A stretch of 64,000 nucleotides of DNA. It comes from Mytilus edulis. Lineage: Eukaryota. The translations under genes were made by a program, and so were the position numbers. The notes under the pieces were generated by a model, which did not search any database, was not told where the DNA came from, and worked only from the letters and a program-made list of their open reading frames with translations. Location: contig NC_092355.1 in NCBI RefSeq assembly GCF_963676685.1, positions 38,874,001-38,938,000 on the forward strand, given 5' to 3'. This document shows positions 13,376 to 25,719 of this stretch, in pieces (position 1 is the stretch's first letter; the number at the start of each line of letters is the position of its first letter).

Positions 13376-13525
13376 CTTCAAATTTATCAAATGCCTCTGA
13401 CTGTAATTTCCAATGTTGATCTATGACGGTATATACGTATGCGAATATTTTCCCTTCTTTTGCTGACTCGGCTTCAGCAGACTGTAAAATGTTCATTTGA
13501 TTTCGAAGTTCTTCAGGTGAAATTC
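13376..13525 (-). CDS. SGPL1: SGPL1-like coding exon 2
   Basis: ISPEELRNQMNILQSAEAESAKEGKIFAYVYTVIDQHWKLQSEAFDKFE; acceptor TTTAG at 13526, donor GTACTT; phase 1 to 1. Not in the ORF track. Confidence 0.88.
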
Positions 13526-14156
13526 CTAAAATATGTACAGAATATGTTTGTTACAATGACAGAAAGAACAGCGAACCTCCTCAACTCTCCTCTTCCCAAA
13601 AGAAAAAAAATGTAAATGTTTTATAAGTTGTTTTAATATTCTTAAAATGCATGGCACCCGAATGTCCATTTGATGACTATTATAAAAAACAAAAAGAAGT
13701 TTACTCGGACTTCCCGTCATGCAAACAGTACTATGAATTGATAATGGCATTTATAGTTTGTTTTGGGTTATGTCCGGTCGGAATATGTTGTCCATTCTGA
13801 CGACATGTGGTGGGAGATGATAACGAAGTCTGTGCATTAAAGAAACCTTGTAAATCATTTACGAGTCCTTCATAGCTGGACTGTTGCATAGGAAGAAATC
13901 TTGATCATTCTTTCACTCTCCTGCTAGCGTTCAGTCTAAATTCATCACATCCCAGTGAAAGGGAAAAGGGACACCTTTATAAACTACCGACAAGTTATCA
14001 TAATCTTGAATATGCATGTAATACTTGCATCTGGACATAAAATAAACTAAAATAAATCAAACAAAATTATGCCTACAAAACTATTGTTAGGTACATTTTA
14101 CAGAAGATACTGAAATTAATGAATATATTTCTCGAAATTAAATAACAGCCTATCTA

Positions 14157-14980
14157 TATGTATACTATTAAACGAGAAGTCCTCATTTTGTGTGTCGCTT
14201 CTCTTCCTTCCACAATATATAAATCATCATCCCGCTGTGTCCTTTAGGTACCTTGCATAGTCGCATTTGTCATCTATTCTTATGATTATTCAGTTCGGGT
14301 TATTTTGGGAGAAAAACGAAAATAAAGACGTCCGGATATTGCTTTCGTCATCAGACCGACTTTTATGTCATAGAAAATATTTCCGGTTTAAAACTTACAA
14401 ATAATTGAATTCCTCGGGGACAGGACAATAATTCTGGCGTTTATCTGCATATATACTGTGATTATCCTACTATTATATATAGAGACTTTCTATAAATTAT
14501 AGCAGGGATCGCCATGGAGAGGAAACTTGGAGTTGATAGTTTACAGCACATACACTTTTTTTTATAATATACGTATGTCCATAGTATACAGAAACGTGAA
14601 AATAATTGAATTCAACAGAAAAAAAAACGAACTTTGGAAAGAGAGAGTGCTTAAAATTATTGTCCTGACTCAAGTACCTATGACTTTTGATACCTTTCTC
14701 TAATTCTCACGACACAACAGTGTCGGATCCAGAAATTTTCATAAAAGGGGGAGCACTGACTGCCTAAGAGGGGCCCGCTCCAGTCATGCATCATTTATTC
14801 CCTATATAATCAACAAATTTTTCCCAAAAAAAGGGATTTGGGGGGTCCGAGCCCCTGAAAACCCCTCTAAATCCTCCTCTGCATGTATAATCTTTTACAA
14901 AAATTCATCCTACAATAGTTTACATACTTTCAACCAAGCTCTAAATGCCCGCATTTCGCGGGCATTATATTAAAAAGTTT
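14157..14980 (+). mobile_element. Probable non-autonomous Helitron
   Basis: 5' TATACTATTAAA start and 3' GC hairpin TGCCCGC-ATTTC-GCGGGCA near the end; terminal CTRR is degenerate. Confidence 0.45.
14718..14881. mobile_element. Short MITE with CAG(T/A)GGCGGAT TIRs (hAT-like); copies at 34256-34389 (inverted), 41658-41817, ~16646-16719
   Basis: CAGTGTCGGATCCAG...CTAAATCCTCCTCTG; internal GACTGCCTAAGAGGGG shared among copies. Confidence 0.7.
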
Positions 14981-15045
14981 ATAGTGAAAGGGAAATAACT
15001 GGACATTGAAAGAAAGAAATTGTTATTGTAAACTGGATTAATTAC

Positions 15046-15310
15046 CTTCTTTGGGTAGTTGCACTCTCTGAACAGATTCCTTTCCTCCATTTTTCTTAGC
15101 TAAAGCAGTAGTATTAACAAAACTTGCTACTTCATTATGTAAAACCTTTCCAATTAATGATTTAACTCCAGGAAGAGCTTTTAATCCCACGACAAGGACA
15201 CGGAAAAATTCCTCTTTGCCATTTTTAAGATAAATGTTTATAAGAATTACAACTACTAACGTAAATACAATATGTTCGGTTAGACTTATCCATGAGAAGA
15301 AACTGTCCAT
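15046..15310 (-). CDS. SGPL1: SGPL1-like coding exon 1 (start, N-terminal membrane anchor)
   Basis: MDSFFSW...IVFTLVVVILINIYL...LPGVKSLI...QLPKEG; donor G|GTAATT at 15045, phase 1. Confidence 0.88.
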
Positions 15311-16069
15311 TTTCAGTTTTAATTGTTAGTGTAATGGGGTATATGTGTGTACATTTGTTTACATAATAGTGGACTGTGTACCGATTATTTGATATAGACA
15401 GATTTATCTATCTTCAATTTACGTTAGAAGTACAGGTACATTATATACATATATAATCATTTTGTCTACCTGTAGACGTGTAGAATGTATGCTGTGTGAT
15501 TTCCGGAAAAGTCTAAATACATTTATATATGTTTAGAAAAAGTGCAATGAATTTATTAAAAATTATCTATTCGTGTTTTTCATTAGAATCCTTACCAACC
15601 GTTATGGTTTGCGGGTCAGGGTGATATCCACTGCTCTTGATATCAGCCTTATTTGAAAATTTCATGTAATTGGGGATTCGGAATAACTTTCATTATTCAA
15701 TCCATTTTTGTTATCGATTTAAATTCACATGAAGTATTTGCCACTGGACGTTAAGCAAAAATTAACGAAGACAGACAGAACTTCTATTAAAATCTGTATT
15801 TATTTCAAAGTTTGTTTTCTTTCTAATATTGCAAGGTTGCTGTCTGATCGTTTTTACCACCACGTCCTCAATAACATGCGCAGTAGTTAATATTTTGGAA
15901 ATAACAATGACGAAGGTCGAGGATGTTAAAATGATAGGAAACTGTACGACCTTCAACAGTAAGCAAAACTCATTTTAAGGGATTTTTTATCATTCATTTT
16001 ACTTTAAGAATTCCACTGACTCTTATCTATTTTGGTTCAACATCTATAACAGGTCGAGAACTCTAGATT

Positions 16070-16176
16070 TTCTGACGTCAGAATATATTTGCATAGTAAT
16101 TTCCAAAACACAAGGCCAATATGGCCTTGAAAAACTGACCAATCGACTCAATGAACTACAATGCATTGTGGGCTAC
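16070..16176. promoter_or_regulatory. Candidate SGPL1 promoter: CRE palindrome, two CCAAT boxes, Staf/ZNF143-type site
   Basis: TTCTGACGTCAGAA at 16070-83; CCAAT at ~16117 and ~16139; minus-strand CCCACAATGCATTGTAGT at 16155-16172. About 0.8 kb upstream of the ATG. Confidence 0.45.
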
Positions 16177-19112
16177 TACGAGTAAACTACTAAAAACACG
16201 TGGAATTAGTGGGAAAACAGTCAACTAATATATTGTCTGGGACTCTAATTTTTATTCTGCAAATATATTTGATGTAAAATATATAACGTAATCTTCAATT
16301 TGCATGCTCAGATTAAAAAAAATATTGTTTACTGGCTTCACGATTTGACTTTTTTTTTGCCTTGCAATAGTAGTTGAACCGGTTTTGTGCATTGTTAACC
16401 TGCATTAATTTCACGGCATGAAACAGTGAAATATCCAATAAAATGACCACTGTCCAATAAGAAAATCATTTGAGCTCTTTTAAACCGGTATAATGTCATT
16501 CCAAAATCATTTTTGCCTAGAAAAACACGAATACTTTCATTGAAACTCTTCTGTACTGAATGTGTAAATTTTTTTATCAGGACCTGAACTAAAAGTAAGT
16601 ACATCATAATATTCAGTATGCTAAAAATAAGTGTTATGAAAGCGGAAGGGGCGGATCCAGCCAATTTAAAAAGGGGTCCATCCCCCGGAACCCCGGCCCC
16701 CTCCTGGATCCGTCACTGAGCGGGTACGGTATATAGCTCAATACATTTTTTTTTATAGTTTCATCCATCGATAATATCCGTTTGTTGCTAATTTTATTAC
16801 AAAATATACCTCAGAGGATTTTTATCGTTCGGCTGCTGTCCTGTTGATATTTATTAAATATCTCCAATATTAAAAGTCTCTGGATCATAGAGGGTGCCAT
16901 GTTACCTATTTTATTTTTCTTCTAAAACGTGCTTTGTATATATAAATAAGAAGATGCGGTATGAGTGCCAAATGAGAAATCTTTTCTACAAAGACATAAT
17001 TTAGTAAAGTAAGCAGTCATAGGTTCAATGCTGAAAAGTAAGCTATAATAAATGACCCAAACATTACTTGTGTAAAACAATAAAATTTCAGTGGTTGTCG
17101 TTTGTTTATTTGCTACATATTTGTTTTTTGTTCATTGTTTTATATAATTAAGGCCGTTAGTTTTCTCGTTTGAATTGTTTTACATTGTAGTATCCCGCCT
17201 TTTATAGCTGACTATGCGGTATGGGCTTTGCTCATTGTTGAAGGCCGCACGGTGATCTATAAATGTTAATTTCTATGACATTTTGGTCTCTTGTGGATGT
17301 CCAGCTGTCTCATTGGCAATCATATCACATCTTCTTTTTTATTATAGATCCAACGCTGCAATTTTCACAAAACATATAAAATTTTCCACCTTGTCGCACA
17401 TACATATGGATAACATCATTACAGATTATTTCCTAATGCATGTAGAGCAAAACTTTGGTTAGCTTGCTTGATTTGTTTCTATATTGTACAAAATATAAAA
17501 TATACAAGTTAAACTATGCATATATATATATATTGTTTAAAGACGTCAATCTTATTTTCAAGGCTTGTATAACATGTATAAACAACTATACAAACAAAGC
17601 AAGCAAGCCAACCAAAATTTACTTTGCAGGTATAAGAAATCAGCTGTAATGATTTTATTCAGTTTGGCAAATGTCCGAGCCCGTTAAAAAACGAACAAAA
17701 TGAAACTACAGTTGCTGACTTCACTACGTTCAATACAAAGGGAACAGTTTGGAAGTCCAATATACTGAAATGAGACAAAAATAAATACTTTTAGATTTTA
17801 TTAACACTGCTATGTATGTAAATATTTCGTCGCCTTTTTTACGAACACAAAATTCAAGGATCACACATTTGCCTTTCATTATCTATACGAAAATTGCTGT
17901 ACTCGTGAATATCAGCACCGGCTGTTATCGACGGCTTACTTTACACCAGTAAGTTTGTCTCATGGGTAATTGTGTTTTTTCGCTGTTGTTTCGTTGCTGT
18001 GTGGTGGAAAAATACATGAAATATCTGTGCCATCATCAAACATGTTAATGGCTATATATCGGGTAATTCAAACCCTTTTTTCTTCACATAGAAACAACTC
18101 TTCGTTGATCTGAGCATGGAAGTAATACTTTATATCACGAACTATAAATGAGGATACACAAAATGAAAAACTAAGCGAAATTGTGAATCCCGCATTGCAC
18201 GAAAAAATGTGTTGTATTTCATTAAATAAAACGTGTTCTTGGTTGATTGTAAACACGTAGTAGTCCATCATGCATTGTGACTCATTTAGTGGATTGGTCA
18301 AAAACCTAGGTAAAAATAAATTGCGTCACATGTAAATAAACAATAACATGTGCAATAACATAAGTATGCTAATTTATGCATTTCCATATAAGGTAGTGGT
18401 CCCGACCTGTATAAGTGATACAGAGTTTACTATTTAATTCAATTCAATTTAAAGTTTTATTGCCATATAAACTTTACAGTTTGTGACATATAACAACTAC
18501 AAAAACAAACGAAGACATTCACTAAGTAACTCAATATATATATACAAATTCAGGTAAATATTAAAGGTCCTAGTATATTCACTTGTGTTGGTGTTGATGG
18601 ATTAAGTATATACAATGTATATAACTTTGTCATTGTCAGTGAGATTAGCAAATAAATGATCTTCTATGTTAATGCTGAAATATGCTAATCTAATATTTGA
18701 ATTGTGAGAATAAAGAATAATGCAACAAGAGAAAAATGACATAAAAAAGGAAACAATACGAAAATGAACGACCCCACATTTTGAAGCTTTTATCAATTTA
18801 CTGAGTGACATATTTTTTTATGTGTATTTGTCATACTTTGGTCTATATTTTGTTGAGTTTAAATAATGAGTAACATGTAGATCTGGGTCTGTTTATCTTG
18901 TGTTATATTTGTCACTTGACATTACATTATTCACTTTACTGACATGATTTACCTGTAATATGTGCCACTGGAAATAATATTTCTTCTACATAGCTGAGAC
19001 TTTTCATAAACATTACCTTCAAATTTATCAAATGCATCCGATTGATTTGCCTGAAATATTTGCCACTGGACATTATTTCAGAGATTCATTCGTACTGATA
19101 GTTTATGAATTG

Positions 19113-19184
19113 TTCAAAGTTATCAAATGTCCCCGACTGTAATTATCAATGTTAAGTTATGACGGTATATACGTATGCACATAT
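19113..19184 (-). pseudogene. Dead copy of the 3' half of SGPL1 exon 2
   Basis: Translates ICAYVYTVIT*H**LQSGTFDNFE versus IFAYVYTVIDQHWKLQSEAFDKFE; ungapped. Confidence 0.8.
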
Positions 19185-20820
19185 GTAGAAGTGTAAAATA
19201 TAATATGTTGTGTGATTACCCGCTTATCCAAATATATGATTGAAAGGTTGTTGTCTGATCGTTATTAACCACCATGTTCCCCTTCTGTCATCGGTAATAG
19301 TCATGAAGGTGTTATTGAAAACTTAAACTTTGTTTTTTTTGTTTTTGTTTTGTTGAAAAATTGTGATCTATTTTGTACCTTTATCGTTCTTTTTTTTTTT
19401 TTTAAATTGAACAAAATTCGCATCACCGCCGAGAAATATAGATAAGAAATAGGGTTTGATTCCCAAATGTGACAACTTAAATTATTTTTCAAATTGTTAA
19501 ACAATAAAGTAAGGGTAAAATTGGGAATCAGAATACCTTTCTCTCTCAAAAAAACATAACCTTCCTTTTAAGTTAAATCGTAGTTACCTTTTAATTATTT
19601 TGTGCATTATGAGTCTGGATGGGGATACACAATAGTGTCTGAATGGGGTTACAGAATAGGGTCTGGGTAGGGTTACAGAAAAAAGAATAATGGCAAAAAA
19701 TAATAAAAATGAAATGAGCAAAAAACATAAAAACGAGAATAATGGGGTGCAAAAGTATAAAGAATAGTTGTGGAATATAAATGACTTTAGTGATGGAATA
19801 CTGTTTACAGAATCGAAAGATGCACAGAATAAAGAAATCATCTTATTTAAAGAAAAATGTATGGTAAGAATCTTGTACATTCGAATTTTAAAGAATAAGC
19901 GTTATTTTTTAATATAATAGAAAAATGCTATATGCTTAACACTTCAAATTACCATTTATCATTTACAATGTACATGTATCATGATGTATGTTTCATAAAG
20001 TGAAAATGAAAATATTTCATCTTGAACTATTTAATGTAATTTGAAATATCTCAGATCCTGATAAAAACTGATTACCCTAGGGTACTGCTGGTATAGTAAC
20101 TTGGACTTTGTTTAAAATATGAGTCTTGATAAAGTTTACAGAATAGATAGAGAATAATGGGGGGAAAATAAAAAAGAGACAAAAATACCTGAAATTAAAG
20201 AATGCAGAAATGAATGACCCCTCATCCCAACCCTTTTACATATTTACTAAGTGGCATACATGTATCTATTATTTTTGTTTTGTTTGTATTTGTCAAAAAT
20301 TGGTTTATATTTTGTTAAGTTTGAATGACGATAAACATGTTATCACAATTTGATGTTGTTCATATACAACGTTAATAGCTAACAAAAAAAAAAAGAAGTG
20401 TTGAATGACTTGGACTTGTTCAAGTTCTCGACTTTGGTTCAGACAAAAAGTCATTTAAATTGACAAACACGTCATTTTTATGATAAACACTTTGTACATA
20501 TTGTAAAAAAAAAAATCATTAATTGACCTAATGGTCTTAATCCATTATTAACCGATTGCTTGTTTCTTTACGTCCAGTGGCAAATAATTCATGCATGTTT
20601 AGGAGGATTTGAGTCGGCGAACTCGTACTTTCATAAATATTTCATTATATTTTTAGAATTAAAAGTTCAATTTCACTTAAAAAGAATATCGTCGTTGATT
20701 ACGTTCAAGTATTTGATTACATATATTTTGCAATAATGTTTATTTATATATATATATATATTATGTTGAAAATCCATAATGTAACCGTCAGACTATAGGT
20801 TATGTATGTATCTCTCTCTG

Positions 20821-21204
20821 GACTCTGTCAAAATTATACCTCAAACCATGTTTTTCTTCTCTCTATGTTTACGTGTTTTATTTATGCATTTTATTTGATA
20901 TTTCCACCTGCAAGACGATGGACCAAGTTAAAATGAATTACACCCTAGTTTTCATTCTCTCTCTATAAATATGTATTTTATTTATGCATTGTATTTGATA
21001 TTTCCACCTGCAAGACGATGGACCCAGTTAAAATGAATTACACTCTAGTTTTCATTCTCTCTATAAATATGTATTTTATTTATGCGTTTTAAATATTCCC
21101 ACCTGTAAGACGCTGGACTCTGTCAAAATGAATAACAACTCGTGTTTTCATTCTCTATTTATATATGTGTTTTATTTATACATTTTCAATATTCCCACCT
21201 GTAA
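20821..21204. repeat. ~100-bp tandem repeat, ~4 copies
   Basis: Unit GAC...AAAATGAATTACAC...TTTTATTTATGC...TTCCACCTGCAAGACGATG starting at 20821, 20921, 21021, ~21116. Confidence 0.85.
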
Positions 21205-21582
21205 AAGTGTGACGAATAACCGTAATCTTCCGGGTTCACTGTTACAGATTATCATTGGACAAACGATATAGATAACACCGAACTCTTATATATTCGTAGA
21301 TTTGGGAATTTACAACGGTAACAATAGACGCCGAGACCTTATTTTGAAATGTTCACATTTTGTGTTCGTACCTTTTCTAATACTTGCAGAAGGAATAAAA
21401 TTAAAGGTAGCATTTAAGTTTTATGAAGAATGGTTTCAACAAATGAACGAAATAAATGGTGAGTAAATTTCTTGTCACTTTCATAAAGGTAGATAAAATG
21501 CAATCAATTTAAATCCCAGAGGTCATGTTTTGACACTTGTGTTTTGGGTTCGACATAAAGAAAGCATTTTAGATGCTTTTAA

Positions 21583-21855
21583 GGTGGTACCCAACACTTT
21601 CACTAAAATTAATTTGGCTCGTTTAATTTTCATAAAATTTTGACAAAGTATTTACTTTGACCCTTTAACCAAAATATATAAATATCAAAAATTTTGAACC
21701 AACCATTTTATCAGAAAAATTACACTGGTTATATAGCAGATTGACAAACACCAATTTTGATCATTGAGAAGCTTAATACTCCCTTTACAATACAACGTTA
21801 TTAAAACGTTTGGCTGATTTTACAGAGTTATCTCCCTGTAGTGTTAGGTACCACC
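21583..21855. mobile_element. MITE with TTAA TSD (Kolobok-like GG ends)
   Basis: TTAA|GGTGGTACCCAACACT...AGTGTTAGGTACCACC|TTAA. Confidence 0.85.
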
Positions 21856-22659
21856 TTAATAATATTGGGACCCTCAATTTAATTCCAGCCATCAAAATGT
21901 TTTCGGGAGTCAATATATTTATTTGGAACAAAGTTCGGGACCACGAGAAAAATTCGACTCTTCCGAAATTTCGAGTCAATCGAGTTTGAGACACCGAGAA
22001 GTGCGTTTCTTCTAAGACTACAAAAGACTCACATGTGATGCTCGATTGCAAACAGTTAAACAGGCCAATAAATTACCCAGTTAAAGAGTAATGTGGAACC
22101 ATACCAGTTTGATGAGCCCACTTTAATTATTGAAATGAGACAACATGGTGTAACTCGCTACCAGGGATGGCTAGAATCTCGGATGAATCGAACAGTCTTG
22201 TCGAGTCCCTTTTACTTTGGATAAACGAGGTTTTACTGTACACATCTCACGTCATTCCAGACAAAATGGCATATATAATTTATAACGATATTAATCAGAA
22301 ACACATTGGTGCTAGATGAAAGAGCAAACAAGAAAAAATACTATGAATTCATAATTATTCGTGGAGTACCAAATTTCGAGAATTTCATATGGGTAAACTA
22401 CAAATTTATGTAAACAAAGTGCCAATTCCCTATTTGCCTGTGTGTTACACACCTGCAAAACTACGAAATCAACTATCCATGAAAATACAATTTAGAAAAA
22501 TAGATTCCTCAATCCACGAAAATTCGTACCCACAAAAAATAAACAAATACACAATACAGCATAAAAGAATAATGAGCGCTTAACAAATATTGCGATTTGC
22601 GTATAATATCGGTCGTACTGGACAACAAAATGCCGCACAGGCAATATACATGTATAGCA

Positions 22660-23001
22660 CGTATAAACTAAGAGATAACTTTATAGGAAATGTAATTAAA
22701 CATATGTCAGATTTTATGTCCTGGCAAGAAAATGAAAAAAATAAATATCTTCTTTGTCCATCAACCTCAAAAGAAGTAGAAAGCTTAGGGTCCTATTTTA
22801 AACAGGCATTAGAACTAATTAAGGACAGGGGAGTCTTGATTTATTTATAAAATATATTTATATATCATATAGATAGATTATTTTGCTTTCTTGATTTTTT
22901 TTGTTTTTGTTTGTTAAATGTATTTTGTGTATGTTTATATTATTTGTCACAAGCTTATTGTTTAGAGTTTATATGACAATAAATATTTGAATTGAATTGA
23001 A
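22660..23001 (+). mobile_element. 3' end of a non-LTR retrotransposon with (TTGAA)n tail
   Basis: Homologous to the inverted 38586-38880 segment (CAGGGGA(G/C)TCTT(G/A)A stop region, ACAATAAA, TTGAATTGAATTGAA). Another tail at ~18436-18540 (-). Confidence 0.6.
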
Positions 23002-23034
23002 TATAAAAAAGAATAACGCACAACTAAAAACTTA

Positions 23035-23242
23035 TAGGTTGCATTTTTACATTGTGCAATTTACATTGCACAATGTAAATACAGCTGTTTCTCAGACCAC
23101 GCCCCTTTTGGGGAGATCAATTCTAGAATAATAATATAATAAAATATTTTTCAAAGCTTCATAATAAAAGTGGTCCAGTTTTAACCGTAAAAGGATTTCT
23201 TATGGGAAATTGCATTGTAGATATTTACAGAAATGCAACCTA
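23035..23242. mobile_element. Small MITE at a TA site
   Basis: TAGGTTGCATTT...AAATGCAACCTA, flanked by TA. Confidence 0.65.
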
Positions 23243-25719
23243 TACAGAAGATTTTACACAGAGTATTAGAAAACCATCAGAGATTTAAGTGTGTCCACTC
23301 AAGATTGAAAAACCAGGTCTTTCTAATGTCCACTCATGGATGGAAAACCCCATAAAAGTACATAAAGTGTAGGTTAAAATTGGAGAAAGTGTAAATTAAT
23401 ACATTTTTGTTTCTAAAGGAGGTATTTGCCAACCCACTTGTGCGTACCAGTCAATATTAAAATATAGGTGAAGATGTCCACGGTGATTAATATCCTGCTT
23501 ACACATTTTGTTAAACGCCTTTCTAAAGTTAAAGTCCATTGATGGGAAAACCGATACATGTAAATGTATTATACAGTATGTTAAAATTGATAAAAATGTA
23601 ATTCATACATTTGTTTTTCTTAGGGGGGTATTTGTCAACCCACTTGTGTATAAATCAATCGAATTCAGTAGGTTTTTTTTTACACTGTCCATATGCGCCT
23701 CATTTAAATGTTAACTGGTTAAATCCTTGTATGATGTCTACCCATAATGCAATCGGATAAAACAAAATGTGTACTCCTTTGATTTATAATTTTTATGAAA
23801 CTTTTGAAAATGTTGATGATTAATCAATGACGCAAAAAAAAAAGTCGCATAATTCATAGAAACTTTTGTCACAAAACTGACATTTTATCTTAATTCGACG
23901 TTTCTCAATCTAACGTACTCTGGATAATATTTTCAAAAGCGTACACCAATTGAAAAGGTTGTTATTTGCACAAAAATGTTGTGATTGGGTAACAAAGTCC
24001 TAAACAGTGTCAAAAGGCAATTGACCTTTAATATTCTTTTTCTGATTCCGGGTATAGATATGATTTTACCCATAAGCCAATAGAATCTTACACTAAGATA
24101 CTAAGTTAAATTAATATCCCCTAATTATACACTCCCACTGAAGAAGGAACAGAAAGAATATAAATTTGAAAGGATTTAAGAAATTCAATATTTTGCTATT
24201 TCCTGGTCTAGATTCAGATCCAGGCTTTTTAATAAGGGGCCACTTAATTCCCCTACCCCTAATCCGCCTCTGAGTCAGTCCTCAATCATACCTCCTCTCC
24301 CAATTTAATTGCATTATCTTCTGGTGCGTGCATACAACATTACAAAATTTTCGTCATGTTTGATAGACATCTTACAAATATACATGTGTCATTTTATTGA
24401 GATGAGGATAAGCCGTGACTGTAAGATTGTATTGCGCATGTCTGTCTAAAGTTGCATTATCTGCAATCGTGATTTTTTTAAAAATTATTTTCAATTCATA
24501 CAAAATATCTTATAATCTTATTTGAAACTAGGGGAGTTCCCTAGATACTTCGAATTATATTGTGTCCCAAATCCTGACCTGTACATATCTGTAAACTTAA
24601 GTATAATATCATTTTCATTAAATTGATGTTGTTAACATTTACTTTCTCCGTGCATGGTGTCGTCTGTCACGAAAACTTTTATTTCCGTAATCTTTCAATG
24701 CAAGCGGTTGCGTAGATTTTTATTTGATTAAAAGTTGAGTCGTAGCACATACATGTTTTCGGTGTACATATGTATCCTTTTAAAATGTATTTACTGATAA
24801 GAAGAAGATAATCATAACGTTGTAAAGTTTAATATGCAAATCTAAATCCGATTTACGTGAGTTTACATTGATGTACGGAAAAACTATATTCATAAGCTAT
24901 TCTAAAACAACTTTCAACACGTTCGTGTATTAAAGTTGATGCTTTATACAAATAATTATGTCTTTTCAAAAAAATATATATGCATGCGAGTCAGACGACG
25001 GGGGTCATTTATTCATTTTGTATTAATTTATTTTCATACATCTACTAAATCCGTTATTTATTTAACACACTCATGTATTCCTTTATTTATTATCATTCAT
25101 CCCCCTCCCCTTTCTTTAATCTCTATTCTTTATTTCCCACAGTTTTCTCTTTTCTTTGTTTTCCTTATCTAGGTCCTATTTTGTATGTTTTCAATATTAT
25201 TTTTTTTTTAAAGTAGTTTACTTTAAATTCGTTTGGTTCAGCCTGGCTGATTATAATTGAAATTCCCTTAGATCCATACTGGTTCATCGGACGGACTTAG
25301 TATAGGTTAATTGATGGAAAAGAAGAAATCTGTTGTATTAATAAGAATCCTCCCGCACAGAAAATGTGCCCTTTTGCTGATCGCCTTATATACTAAAGTC
25401 GCAAGAATAAACACAGTGCTATAATATTAAAATACAAGCAATTTAAAATATAGCATTATTTTATACACAATTGCAAATTTAGTAACCATAGAGAATCATT
25501 CAACCCAAGTAAATCGCTCTATATTCAGTCAATCGTTAACTATATTCTTTTATTTGCGGCTGCATGTAGATTTGAATATTGACCCCCCTTTTTCCCTGTT
25601 TTTTTTTAAATTGTATATTGTCTTTTTATTTTCTGATATCCGAAAACAAATATACAAAATATTTATATCTTCCAGGTTGAACAAAGAGACATGATTTGTA
25701 CAATTTCACACACATCTAA

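Larger units (their letters stand above)
1..15310 (-). other. SGPL1: Gene model: sphingosine-1-phosphate lyase family (PLP-dependent, fold type I), 12 coding exons, 3'-partial at window edge
   Basis: Exons 15310-15046, 13525-13376, 12071-11969, 11484-11319, 10421-10305, 9344-9193, 7181-7082, 5902-5788, 5299-5178, 4643-4541, 3469-3351, 60-<1. All introns are GT-AG and the phases join into one open frame (524 codons in window). Motifs: N-terminal [27 protein letters not shown] (PLP lysine), WPGGLYGSPSMAGTRGG, AAMYGM. Confidence 0.93.

Noticed and set aside
14335-14362. Minus-strand CTGATGA-C-GAAA hammerhead-like core
   Set aside because: Stem II is absent and no stem I/III pairing or NUH site can be drawn.
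22590-22850. 86-aa ORF as a host gene exon
   Set aside because: Its 3' part is homologous to the LINE tail at 38586-38880.
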